Below are positions 26,326 to 35,380 of a stretch of 64,000 bases of DNA, piece by piece. Numbering within the stretch: position 1 is the stretch's first letter; every line of letters begins with the position of its first letter. The stretch comes from Escherichia coli (lineage in GTDB: Bacteria; Pseudomonadota; Gammaproteobacteria; Enterobacterales; Enterobacteriaceae): NCBI RefSeq assembly GCF_044324785.1, contig NZ_CP172127.1; one strand, written 5' to 3'. The notes under the pieces were generated by a model. That model made no database searches and was not told where the DNA came from. It worked only from the letters and a program-made list of their open reading frames with translations. Position numbers and translations under genes: made by a program.

Positions 26326-26477
26326 CGTTTCCGAAAAATCTCTCGGTCGATGACCTGATGGCGGATGTGGCAGTGATATTTCACTGGCCGCCATCAGAAC
26401 TGTATCCCATGAGCCTGACCGAACTCATCACATGGCGCGAAAAGGCGCTCCGGCGAAGCGGAAACACGAATGAGTAA
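26050..26477 (+). CDS. E': Tail assembly chaperone E+E' produced by a programmed -1 frameshift
   Basis: The slippery T_TTT_TTG at 26298-26304 is in register with E (GGT TTT TTG = G F L). The -1 frame stays open to the TAA at 26475-26477, overlapping the T start. Confidence 0.85.
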
Positions 26478-28917
26478 CAATGTAAAATTACAGGTATTGC
26501 TCAGGGCTGTTGACCAGGCATCCCGCCCGTTTAAATCCATCCGCACAGCGAGCAAATCGCTGTCGGGGGATATCCGGGAAACACAAAAATCACTGCGCGA
26601 GCTGAACGGTCACGCATCCCGTATTGAGGGATTCCGCAAGACCAGTGCACAGCTCGCCGTGACTGGTCAGGAACTGAAAAAAGCCAGACAGGAAGCCGCA
26701 GCTCTGGCTGTCCAGTTTAAAAATACTGAACGACCGACAAATGCACAGGCAAAGGCAATGGAAGCCGCGCGTAAAAATGCGTCTGAGTTACAGGTGAAAT
26801 ATAACAGCCTGAGATTGTCGGTACAGCGCCAGCGTCAGGAATTGAGTCAGGCGGGTATTAATACCCGTAATCTGGCGCATGATGAACGAGGACTGAAAAA
26901 CCGTATCAGTGAAACCACCGCACAGCTTAACCGGCAGCGTGACGCGCTGGCGCGTGTCAGTGCACAACAGGCAAAACTTAACGCAGTAAAACAGCGTTAT
27001 CAGGCCGGAAAGGAACTGGCCGGAAATATGGCCTCGGTGGGCGCTGCCGGTGTGGGGATTGCGGCGGCGGGAACGATGGCCGGAGTTAAGCTGCTGATGC
27101 CCGGTTATGAGTTTGCGCAGAAAAACTCAGAATTGCAGGCCGTGCTCGGTGTGGCAAAAGACTCCACCGAAATGGCTGCACTACGCAAGCAGGCGCGTCA
27201 GCTCGGCGACAATACCGCAGCCTCGGCAGATGATGCAGCTGGTGCGCAGATTATTATTGCGAAAGCCGGTGGGGATGTTGATGCCATTCAGGCGGCAACG
27301 CCGGTCACGCTGAATATGGCGCTGGCGAACCGTCGCACAATGGAAGAAAACGCCGCCCTGCTGATGGGGATGAAATCCGCCTTTCAGCTTTCAAACGATA
27401 AGGTCGCTCATATCGGGGATGTTCTCTCCATGACGATGAACAAAACCGCCGCTGATTTTGACGGCATGAGCGATGCGCTGACCTATACCGCACCAGTGGC
27501 AAAAAATGCCGGTGTCAGCATTGAAGAAACCGCCGCAATGGTCGGGGCGCTGCATGATGCAAAAATCACAGGCTCAATGGCGGGGACGGGAAGCCGTGCC
27601 GTGTTAAGCCGCCTGCAGGCACCGACGGGAAAAGCATGGGATGCACTCAAAGAGCTTGGTGTGAAAACCTCAGACAGCAAGGGAAACACCCGACCAGTAT
27701 TTACCATTCTGAAAGAAATGCAGGCCAGTTTTGAGAAAAACCGGCTCGGTACTGCCCAGCAGGCTGAATACATGAAAACCATTTTCGGGGAGGAGGCCAG
27801 TTCAGCCGCCGCCGTGCTGATGACTGCCGCCTCAACCGGAAAGCTGGACAAACTGACCGCTGCGTTTAAAGCCTCAGACGGAAAGACCGCAGAGCTGGTA
27901 AATATCATGCAGGACAACCTCGGCGGTGAATTTAAGGAGTTTCAGTCCGCTTATGAGGCGGTGGGGACTGACCTGTTTGACCAGCAGGAAGGCGCACTGC
28001 GTAAGCTCACGCAGACGGCCACAAAGTATGTGTTAAAACTCGACGGCTGGATCCAGAAAAACAAATCACTGGCGTCAACCATCGGCCTCATTGTCGGTGG
28101 CGCGCTGGCGCTTATTGGCATCATCGGTGCCATTGGTCTGGTAGCCTGGCCGGTTATCACCGGCATCAATGCCATCATCGCGGCAGCAGGCGCAATGGGG
28201 GCAATCTTCACGACGGTTGGCAGTGCTGTTATGACCGCCATCGGGGCGATTAGCTGGCCGGTTGTGGCCGTGGTGGCCGCAATTGTCGCCGGGGCGTTGC
28301 TTATCCGTAAATACTGGGAGCCTGTCAGCGCATTCTTTGGCGGTGTGGTTGAAGGGCTGAAAGTGGCATTTGCGCCGGTGGGGGAACTGTTCACGCCACT
28401 TAAGCCGGTGTTTGACTGGCTGGGTGAAAAGTTACAGGCCGCGTGGCAGTGGTTTAAAAACCTGATTGCCCCGGTCAAAGCCACTCAGGACACCCTGAAC
28501 AGTTGCCGTGACACGGGGGTCATGTTCGGGCAGGCACTGGCTGACGCGCTGATGCTGCCGCTTAATGTGTTCAACAAACTGCGCAGCGGTATTGACTGGG
28601 TACTGGAAAAACTCGGCGTCATCAACAAAGAGTCTGACGCACTTGACCAGACTGCCGCCAGAACTCATGCCGCCACGTATGGCACAGGTGATTATATTCC
28701 GGCGACCGGCTCTTATGCGGGGTATCAGGCTTACCAGCCGGTCACGGCACCGGCTGGCCGCTCTTATGTGGACCAGAGTAAAAACGAATATCACATCAAT
28801 CTGACGGGCGGTACTGCGCCGGGGACACAGCTCGACCGCCATTTACAGGATGCGCTCGAAAAATACGAGCGGGATAAACGTGCGCGCGCCCGTGCCAGCA
28901 TGATGCATGACGGTTAA
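26470..28917 (+). CDS. T: Tail tape measure protein gpT
   Basis: 815 aa, coiled-coil rich with a hydrophobic Gly/Ala segment, in the P2 T position. Confidence 0.93.
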   Translation: MSNNVKLQVLLRAVDQASRPFKSIRTASKSLSGDIRETQKSLRELNGHASRIEGFRKTSAQLAVTGQELKKARQEAAALAVQFKNTERPTNAQAKAMEAARKNASELQVKYNSLRLSVQRQRQELSQAGINTRNLAHDERGLKNRISETTAQLNRQRDALARVSAQQAKLNAVKQRYQAGKELAGNMASVGAAGVGIAAAGTMAGVKLLMPGYEFAQKNSELQAVLGVAKDSTEMAALRKQARQLGDNTAASADDAAGAQIIIAKAGGDVDAIQAATPVTLNMALANRRTMEENAALLMGMKSAFQLSNDKVAHIGDVLSMTMNKTAADFDGMSDALTYTAPVAKNAGVSIEETAAMVGALHDAKITGSMAGTGSRAVLSRLQAPTGKAWDALKELGVKTSDSKGNTRPVFTILKEMQASFEKNRLGTAQQAEYMKTIFGEEASSAAAVLMTAASTGKLDKLTAAFKASDGKTAELVNIMQDNLGGEFKEFQSAYEAVGTDLFDQQEGALRKLTQTATKYVLKLDGWIQKNKSLASTIGLIVGGALALIGIIGAIGLVAWPVITGINAIIAAAGAMGAIFTTVGSAVMTAIGAISWPVVAVVAAIVAGALLIRKYWEPVSAFFGGVVEGLKVAFAPVGELFTPLKPVFDWLGEKLQAAWQWFKNLIAPVKATQDTLNSCRDTGVMFGQALADALMLPLNVFNKLRSGIDWVLEKLGVINKESDALDQTAARTHAATYGTGDYIPATGSYAGYQAYQPVTAPAGRSYVDQSKNEYHINLTGGTAPGTQLDRHLQDALEKYERDKRARARASMMHDG

Positions 28918-28931
28918 GGAGGTGACGAAAA

Positions 28932-29411
28932 ATGATGCTCGCGTTAGGTATGTTTGTTTTTATGCGCCAGACGCTGCCACACCAGACCATGCAGCGTGAA
29001 TCAGATTATCGCTGGCCGTCAAATTCCCGTATCGGTAAACGGGACGCCTACCAGTTTCTCGGTGTGGGTGAGGAAAACATCACGCTTGCCGGTGTGCTTT
29101 ATCCAGAACTGACCGGCGGCAAGCTGACGATGACCACGCTCAGGCTGATGGCAGAGGAAGGCCGGGCGTGGCCGTTGCTGGATGGCACCGGCATGATTTA
29201 CGGCATGTATGTCATCAGCAGGGTGAGTGAAACAGGGAGTATTTTCTTTGCAGACGGCACACCCCGGAAAATTGATTTTACGTTGTCGCTCACCCGCGTT
29301 GATGAATCACTGGCCGCGCTTTATGGCGATATCGGTAAACAGGCGGAATCGCTCATCGGTAAGGCTGGCAGTATGGCGACTAAATTCACGGGTATGACGG
29401 GGGCGGGATAA
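28932..29411 (+). CDS. U: Tail protein gpU
   Basis: 159 aa, MMLALGMFVFMRQTLPHQTMQRESDYRW, matches P2 U. Confidence 0.9.
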   Translation: MMLALGMFVFMRQTLPHQTMQRESDYRWPSNSRIGKRDAYQFLGVGEENITLAGVLYPELTGGKLTMTTLRLMAEEGRAWPLLDGTGMIYGMYVISRVSETGSIFFADGTPRKIDFTLSLTRVDESLAALYGDIGKQAESLIGKAGSMATKFTGMTGAG

Positions 29412-30574
29412 TGCTGGACGCGCTGACATTTGATGCAGGCAGTACGCTGACGCCGGATTACATGCTGATGCTCGACAGCAGGGATATTACCGGCAATATC
29501 AGCGACCGTCTGATGAGCATGACCCTGACGGATAACCGGGGCTTTGAGGCTGACCAGCTTGATATTGAACTGAACGATGCCGACGGGCAGGTCGGGCTGC
29601 CGGTTCGTGGCGCTGTCCTGACGGTGTATATCGGCTGGAAAGGTTTTGCCCTGGTATGCAAAGGGAAATTTACCGTTGATGAGGTTGAACACCGGGGCGC
29701 ACCGGATGTGGTCACCATCCGCGCCCGGAGTGCAGATTTCCGCGGGACGCTCAATTCCCGCCGTGAAGGCTCCTGGCATGACACCACGCTCGGTGCGATT
29801 GTTGAGGCGATAGCCTCCCGTAACAGACTGGAAGCCAGTGTCGCTCCGTCACTGGCCGGAATTAAAATCCCGCACATCGACCAGTCGCAGGAGTCTGATG
29901 CGAAATTCCTGACCCGTCTTGCAGAACGCAACGGCGGTGAGGTGTCGGTAAAAATGGGAAAACTGCTGTTTCTCAAAGCGGGGCAGGGGGTGACTGCCAG
30001 CGGTAAAAAAATCCCGCAGATTACCATCACCCGCAGCGACGGTGACCGTCATCATTTTGCGATTGCTGACCGTGGCGCCTATACCGGCGTAACGGCAAAG
30101 TGGTTACACACCAAAGACCCGAAGCCACAAAAGCAGAAGGTAAAACTGAAACGCAAAAAGAAAGAGAAACACCTGCGCGCACTGGAGCACCCGAAAGCGA
30201 AACCAGTCACGCAGAAGAAAGCGCCAAAAGTACCGGAAGCACGCGAAGGTGAATACATGGCTGGTGAGGCTGACAACGTTTTTGCCCTGACCACGGTATA
30301 TGCCACGAAAGCGCAGGCCATGCGCGCCGCTCAGGCGAAGTGGGATAAGCTGCAACGGGGCGTTGCGGAGTTCTCCATCAGTCTGGCTACTGGTCGGGCA
30401 GATATTTACACGGAAACGCCGGTCAAAGTGTCAGGCTTTAAGCGCGTCATAGACGAGCAGGACTGGACAATCACTAAGGTGACACATTTTCTGAATAATA
30501 GCGGCTTCACGACGTCCTTAGAGCTTGAGGTCAGGCTTTCTGATGTGGAGTACGAAACAGAAGATGATGAGTGA
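29411..30574 (+). CDS. D: Tail/late control protein gpD
   Basis: 387 aa, in the P2 D position and with matching sequence. Confidence 0.9.
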   Translation: MLDALTFDAGSTLTPDYMLMLDSRDITGNISDRLMSMTLTDNRGFEADQLDIELNDADGQVGLPVRGAVLTVYIGWKGFALVCKGKFTVDEVEHRGAPDVVTIRARSADFRGTLNSRREGSWHDTTLGAIVEAIASRNRLEASVAPSLAGIKIPHIDQSQESDAKFLTRLAERNGGEVSVKMGKLLFLKAGQGVTASGKKIPQITITRSDGDRHHFAIADRGAYTGVTAKWLHTKDPKPQKQKVKLKRKKKEKHLRALEHPKAKPVTQKKAPKVPEAREGEYMAGEADNVFALTTVYATKAQAMRAAQAKWDKLQRGVAEFSISLATGRADIYTETPVKVSGFKRVIDEQDWTITKVTHFLNNSGFTTSLELEVRLSDVEYETEDDE

Positions 30575-30655
30575 TGTCTTTATTTTATCTGTTTGTTTTA
30601 TAAGGATAAATTAACTAAAATGGCACCATCAACAAAACCGGAAGAGGTGCTCGCG

Positions 30656-30874
30656 ATGTTTCATTGTCCTTTATGCCAGCATGCCGCACATGCGCGTACA
30701 AGCCGCTATATCACTGACACGACAAAAGAGCGTTATCACCAGTGTCAGAACGTGAATTGCAGCGCCACGTTCATCACTTATGAGTCGTTACAGCGATACA
30801 TCGTGAAGCCGGGAGAAGTCCACGCCGTAAGACCGCACCCGTTGCCGTCAGGGCAGCAAATTATGTGGATGTAA
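30656..30874 (+). CDS. ogr: Late gene activator Ogr (zinc finger)
   Basis: MFHCPLCQHAAHARTSRYITDTTKERYHQCQNVNCSATF, 72 aa. The track ORF starts 21 codons upstream. Confidence 0.93.
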   Translation: MFHCPLCQHAAHARTSRYITDTTKERYHQCQNVNCSATFITYESLQRYIVKPGEVHAVRPHPLPSGQQIMWM

Positions 30875-30885
30875 TTACAAACAGG

Positions 30886-30911
30886 AAGCCCCTCAGTCGA
30901 GGGGCTTTTTT
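30886..30911 (+). terminator. Intrinsic terminator after ogr
   Basis: AAGCCCCTC-agtc-GAGGGGCTT followed by a T-run. Confidence 0.8.
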
Positions 30912-30975
30912 GTCGATGTGGTCAATGTGTGGACGTGACCAGAAATAAATCCTTTTATTTCATTGTATTACGCGT

Positions 30976-31002
30976 AAAAAATAAGCCCGTGTAAGGGAGA
31001 TT
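30976..31002. other. attR: P2 attachment core (attR) at the prophage/chromosome junction
   Basis: AAAAAATAAGCCCGTGTAAGGGAGATT matches the remembered 27-bp P2 att core. It coincides with the cyaR terminator. Confidence 0.75.
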
Positions 31003-31062
31003 ACACAGGCTAAGGAGGTGGTTCCTGGTACAGCTAGCATTTTATGGGTTATGTTTTTCAGC
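30976..31062 (-). ncRNA. cyaR: CyaR (RyeE) Hfq-dependent sRNA
   Basis: The minus strand reads GCTGAAAAACATAACCCATAAAATGCTAGCTGTACCAGGAACCACCTCCTTAGCCTGTGTAATCTCCCTTACACGGGCTTATTTTTT, the remembered 87-nt CyaR. It lies 84 nt downstream of the yegQ stop, as in K-12. Confidence 0.85.
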
Positions 31063-31096
31063 GAAACGGATGATAACCTTAATAAATGCAGCTGTA

Positions 31097-31112
31097 TGTG
31101 ATCGGTTTCTAA
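31097..31112. promoter_or_regulatory. Putative CRP site of the cyaR promoter (class II position)
   Basis: TGTGA-N6-TCTAA is centred about 42 nt upstream of the inferred cyaR 5' end. cyaR is known to be CRP-dependent. Confidence 0.5.
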
Positions 31113-31146
31113 GAATTTTCCATCCGGGAAAAATAATCGAAATTAA

Positions 31147-32508
31147 TCACTTACCGTGGGGGTTACGCGTGGTTTCCCCGGAGAAATTACGCATCAGCAG
31201 CGCGTAATTTAGCTCAAGATCCTGCGGCACCGGGATCCACACAGTATAACCATCGCCCGGTGCGACCGGCATTGCTTCGCCTTTGGCGTTTTCCATGTGC
31301 TCAAGGGTAAAGTTAATGTTCCCTTGCGGCGTCATCAGCTCAAGGCTGTCGCCAACGGAGAATTTATTTTTCACCGCTACCGCCGCGAGGTCGCCCTTGC
31401 GCTCACCGGTAAACTCACCAACAAACTGCTGGCGGTCAGAAACTGAATAACCGTATTCGTAGTTCTGATAATCGTCGTGAGTATGACGACGCAGGAAACC
31501 TTCGGTATAGCCACGATGCGCCAGACCTTCCAGAGTTTCCAGCAGGCTGGTATCGAACGGTTTGCCCGCAGCGGCGTCATCGATAGCTTTACGGTAAACC
31601 TGTGCGGTGCGTGCGCAATAGTAGAAAGATTTAGTACGGCCTTCGATTTTCAGCGAATGCACGCCCATTTTGGTCAGGCGTTCAACGTGGGCGATAGCGC
31701 GCAGATCTTTCGAGTTCATGATGTAAGTGCCGTGCTCATCTTCAAACGCGGTCATATACTCGCCCGGACGCTGGGCTTCTTCGATCATAAACACTTTGTC
31801 GGTTGGCGCGCCGATACCCAGCGTCGGCTCAACATTTTGCACCGGAATCGGCTCGTACTTGTGCACGATGTTGCCAACGTCATCTTCTTTCCCTTCCTGG
31901 ACGTTGTACTCCCAGCGGCAGGCGTTGGTGCAGGTGCCCTGGTTCGGGTCGCGCTTGTTGATATAGCCAGAGAGCAGGCAGCGACCGGAGTAGGCCATGC
32001 ACAGCGCGCCGTGAACGAAGATTTCGATCTCCATATCTGGCACCTGATTGCGGATCTCTTCAATCTCTTCCAGCGACAGCTCGCGAGAGAGGATCACGCG
32101 GGTCAGGCCCATTTGCTGCCAGAATTTCACCGTCGCCCAGTTCACGGCGTTAGCCTGTACCGAGAGATGGATCGGCATTTCAGGGAAGTGCTCACGCACC
32201 AGCATAATCAGCCCAGGATCGGACATTATCAGCGCATCCGGCCCCATTTCCACCACCGGTTTCAGGTCACGGATAAAGGTTTTCAGCTTGGCGTTGTGCG
32301 GTGCAATGTTGACCACGACATAAAACTTTTTCCCCAGCGCATGGGCTTCATTAATGCCGAGCTGAAGATTTTCGTGGTTGAATTCGTTGTTGCGCACACG
32401 CAGGGAGTAACGCGGCTGGCCCGCATAAACAGCATCTGCGCCATAAGCGAAAGCGTAACGCATATTTTTCAGCGTTCCCGCCGGGGAAAGGAGTTCCGGT
32501 TTAAACAT
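31147..32508 (-). CDS. yegQ: Peptidase U32 family protein YegQ (tRNA hydroxylation-related)
   Basis: 453 aa, MFKPELLSPAGTLKNMRYAFAYGADAVYAGQPRYSLR, matches K-12 YegQ. Confidence 0.93.
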   Translation of the reverse strand: MFKPELLSPAGTLKNMRYAFAYGADAVYAGQPRYSLRVRNNEFNHENLQLGINEAHALGKKFYVVVNIAPHNAKLKTFIRDLKPVVEMGPDALIMSDPGLIMLVREHFPEMPIHLSVQANAVNWATVKFWQQMGLTRVILSRELSLEEIEEIRNQVPDMEIEIFVHGALCMAYSGRCLLSGYINKRDPNQGTCTNACRWEYNVQEGKEDDVGNIVHKYEPIPVQNVEPTLGIGAPTDKVFMIEEAQRPGEYMTAFEDEHGTYIMNSKDLRAIAHVERLTKMGVHSLKIEGRTKSFYYCARTAQVYRKAIDDAAAGKPFDTSLLETLEGLAHRGYTEGFLRRHTHDDYQNYEYGYSVSDRQQFVGEFTGERKGDLAAVAVKNKFSVGDSLELMTPQGNINFTLEHMENAKGEAMPVAPGDGYTVWIPVPQDLELNYALLMRNFSGETTRNPHGK

Positions 32509-32709
32509 AATTCTCTCGTTCTGATGACAGGTCAGATCCGCTTCACCTGATGAAGCGGCCAGGGGAGTGCCCCCACTTTAAGGGCGGGCATTGTAGCGCA
32601 ATCGTTGGGGTTGGCTCCAGTGTAATTGTGATGAGCTTTTCGATGCCTGGCGTACAATTGACATCAGAATTGAGTATATTTACGACCGTGAATGCTAAGG
32701 AGTTAAAAC

Positions 32710-33315
32710 ATGTGGATGTTAAAGAAGGGAATCACGCTGGCTCTGTTGGTTCTGTTTTCTCTGCCCGCTACTGCCGGTCTTTCGCTGGAGGAGACTGCTC
32801 GTAAGGTGATTATCGGCTTTCAGCAAAAAGATGCTCAATTAATCAACTCGTTAATTGATAAAAAAACGGGGTTGTATGTTCTCTTCCAGCGTGGCGCTTC
32901 GATGGATGTCGAAAATTTTAAGTCAATTGATTTTAAAACGCCTGTTCCCGAGTATTTGCTGTGGCCTTCGGCAGGGGAACATATTCCGCGAGATGAAGAG
33001 TTTGATAAGAAAACTATCCCGGAATTTGACTGTGAACGTGGTTGGAATAAGCACGGATATTTTATTAGCAGCAGCGATACACACCATAAAGTCAGCCGTA
33101 ATTTGGTCTTCACGCAGATGTTTGGTTCACCGCGAAACACTATTTCTGATGCGCAGATTGCCGCAGCGCGTCGAATGGAGTACGGGGCCGTGCGTGTGGT
33201 CGCTGCGCCAGAAGGGGGTAGCGATGGACTGGTATTTTATTTAAGTCAACTTTACGGTTATGACCGTGACTGGTATCTGACGGTGGTGGATCAGATTGGT
33301 GATTGTGGGGCGTGA
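32710..33315 (+). CDS. Hypothetical secreted protein (201 aa)
   Basis: N-terminal signal peptide MWMLKKGITLALLVLFSLPATA|GL. I recall no such gene at this position in K-12. GC is lower than the flanks. Confidence 0.65.
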   Translation: MWMLKKGITLALLVLFSLPATAGLSLEETARKVIIGFQQKDAQLINSLIDKKTGLYVLFQRGASMDVENFKSIDFKTPVPEYLLWPSAGEHIPRDEEFDKKTIPEFDCERGWNKHGYFISSSDTHHKVSRNLVFTQMFGSPRNTISDAQIAAARRMEYGAVRVVAAPEGGSDGLVFYLSQLYGYDRDWYLTVVDQIGDCGA

Positions 33316-33345
33316 TAAAGATTTATTCGCCCGCAAGCAGTGATG

Positions 33346-34746
33346 CTATTTAAAAGGTATGTAACCCCTTAATCTGTTGTGAAGTTCCGGATTGCGGGTA
33401 AAAAGCGCCTGAAGTTGCTGACGCTGGGGAGCATTCGGTTGAATGCCCGAAAGATTGAAATTGCGTTGCCATATTGCGAGCTGTTTATCTGCAAATTCTT
33501 CAGTTAGTTTGTGTTGCGATTGCAGAAGAAGAATTAAACCGTCCCATTTGTTCAAGTTATGATACAACCGACAATATGCGCAAGCATGTTTAACTGACGG
33601 TGCGTTTTCCAGCAACTGACGTATTTCCTCGAACGTGAGCGGAACGCGACACCATACACAGATGTTAACCATAAATCGAAGCCCGGAGGCGTCCGGGTTA
33701 GCCAGTGTGGTCAGAATAATCCCTTTGGCACCACCATCAGGATTGGCTTTCGCAAGAATATACATAGCGGCTAATCGCAGTGGGAATACATCCTGTGATA
33801 ATCCCCATTCAGCCAGTTTTAAAATATTGGCATCATGAATGGAGTCCAGCCCGTATAAAGCTGCCCGGCGCTGTGAGGGAGTATATTCAGTCGAGGTGAC
33901 AACATGACGCCAGAATTGCGCAACATCCATGACGTCATTAAGCATGTTTTTAGCGCGTAGACGGATCAACATATTGTTATCCAGCAGTAATGCGCTGTAC
34001 AACGCCGGAGGAATTTCTATAGCTCGGTCAGTAAGGCTAAACAACGTTGCTTGTCGAATACGCGGCCAGCGGTCTTTTAACAGACGAGTTAATACCGCTT
34101 CGCTTAACGGTAATTGTTGACGCAGCCAGTGGGTGACCGCCAGCATTCGTAAACCTTCGTCGGGCTGCTTGAGTATTAAAAGCAGCGAAGATTCATCATT
34201 AAAGTAGCCATATTCAATCAGCGTTTGTAATACTGCGCGGGAGAGTTTTTTATCAGGGCAAGTAAGCCAACACGTTAATTGTGGACGGCTATTTTCTGTC
34301 AATAAAAATCTAAGTATCTCGTCTACAAATGCACGGTGATCGTAACGCTGGCATTGGAGAAGGTTACGTATCATGGGAAGATTAACGGCAAATGCCGCTG
34401 CATTCTTATCCTTCTTTAAATGACGTAACGCTATGGTTGCAGCAAGGCGAACCTCTTTTACCCAGTCATTAGCTGCAAGTAATAATTCTTCTATAGCTGC
34501 AACATCCTCTTTTTGTCCCAGACATTGCACGGCCTTTTCTCGTATATATCCATTGTGGTGATGGGTAAGCTGGCAAAGAACCAGAGTATCGTTGAGATCA
34601 CAATCATGCGCTATATAATTGCCTGGATCGGCTATCATCGCCTGGAGTTGTTGCTGGATAAGAAATAATTCACAGTCAACAGAATTATTCATTTCGACAT
34701 TAAACAAAACCCTGCGTGTAAATAATGTACGCAATCCTTTGAGCAT
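33346..34746 (-). CDS. Hypothetical HEAT/ARM-like repeat protein (466 aa)
   Basis: Repeated helical units such as IREKAVQCLGQ..DVAAIEELLLAANDWVKEVRLAATIAL resemble PBS-lyase HEAT-like repeats. I recall no such gene at this position in K-12. Confidence 0.65.
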   Translation of the reverse strand: MLKGLRTLFTRRVLFNVEMNNSVDCELFLIQQQLQAMIADPGNYIAHDCDLNDTLVLCQLTHHHNGYIREKAVQCLGQKEDVAAIEELLLAANDWVKEVRLAATIALRHLKKDKNAAAFAVNLPMIRNLLQCQRYDHRAFVDEILRFLLTENSRPQLTCWLTCPDKKLSRAVLQTLIEYGYFNDESSLLLILKQPDEGLRMLAVTHWLRQQLPLSEAVLTRLLKDRWPRIRQATLFSLTDRAIEIPPALYSALLLDNNMLIRLRAKNMLNDVMDVAQFWRHVVTSTEYTPSQRRAALYGLDSIHDANILKLAEWGLSQDVFPLRLAAMYILAKANPDGGAKGIILTTLANPDASGLRFMVNICVWCRVPLTFEEIRQLLENAPSVKHACAYCRLYHNLNKWDGLILLLQSQHKLTEEFADKQLAIWQRNFNLSGIQPNAPQRQQLQALFTRNPELHNRLRGYIPFK

Positions 34747-34822
34747 AATTTTCCTTATCAGTTATGAGGAGAAAACTCATTTCATGATTAATAATTTCTT
34801 GAGGGATAGTAACTCTGTGGTG

Positions 34823-34861
34823 AGAGAAAATAAAGCCGGACGCCAACAACCCACGCCCGGC
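34823..34861 (-). terminator. Intrinsic terminator of yegP
   Basis: Minus strand GCCGGGCG-loop-CGTCCGGC followed by TTTATTTTCTC, just after the yegP stop. Confidence 0.65.
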
Positions 34862-34868
34862 ATCGTAA

Positions 34869-35201
34869 TTACGTATTGTCTTTCACCGTCTGGCTTGTGC
34901 CATTGGCTTTAACGGAGGCAATTCCGGTTTCACGAGATTGCGCGGTGGCGTACATCTGGCTGGAGCCGATAATTTGATGATTGGCGGCTTTCAGATTGAA
35001 ATAGAATTTGCCGTTGCTTGCCGTTTTTTTCTCATAGCGTTCTTCTTGCGGGCTGTTGCTACGCACCGACGCGATGCCCTTTTCCGCAGAGGCTTTTGAT
35101 GTATACAGCTCGCTGGTGAGGATAGTCTCACCATTGCCCGCTTTTAGCACAAACCGAAATTGATTATCACTGCTCTTACTGAGTTCAAACCAACCAGCCA
35201 T
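34869..35201 (-). CDS. yegP: DUF1508 protein YegP
   Basis: Trimmed to MAGWFELSKSSDNQFRFVLKAGNGETILTSELY (110 aa), matches K-12 YegP. Confidence 0.92.
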   Translation of the reverse strand: MAGWFELSKSSDNQFRFVLKAGNGETILTSELYTSKASAEKGIASVRSNSPQEERYEKKTASNGKFYFNLKAANHQIIGSSQMYATAQSRETGIASVKANGTSQTVKDNT

Positions 35202-35339
35202 AATGACTCCTTGATTGAAATTGCGTATCGAAAACAGCATCTAAAAGGACTGTTTACCGATTAAAGTATGAGCGATTTTCTGGTGCCTGCCAGGGCGAAG
35301 AGATAATGTCAGTTTGCTGACCATGCGTGGAATAATGTT

Positions 35340-35369
35340 GCCGGATGCGGCGTGAATGCCTTCTCCGGC
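35340..35369. repeat. REP (repetitive extragenic palindromic) element
   Basis: GCCGGATGCGGCGTGAATGCCTTCTCCGGC, the classical REP consensus, lies between yegP and baeR. Confidence 0.75.
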
Positions 35370-35380
35370 AGGTAAAAATG

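Larger units (their letters stand above)
1..31002 (+). mobile_element. P2-like prophage, right part (gene A to attR); left end outside the window
   Basis: Gene order and protein sequences match remembered P2 (A, cos, Q-P/O-N-M-L-X-Y-K-lysABC-R-S-V-W-J-I-H-G-FI-FII-E-T-U-D-ogr). The P2 att core is at 30976-31002. Confidence 0.93.

Noticed and set aside
30875-31146. I looked for a tRNA gene at the prophage junction, the usual integration target.
   Set aside because: No cloverleaf-compatible sequence is present. The att core lies in the cyaR sRNA terminator instead.
32550-32804. An 84-aa ORF overlapping the start of the 201-aa secreted protein gene and the yegQ upstream region.
   Set aside because: It has no RBS, spans an intergenic hairpin (32538-32558) and overlaps a better-supported ORF with a signal peptide.
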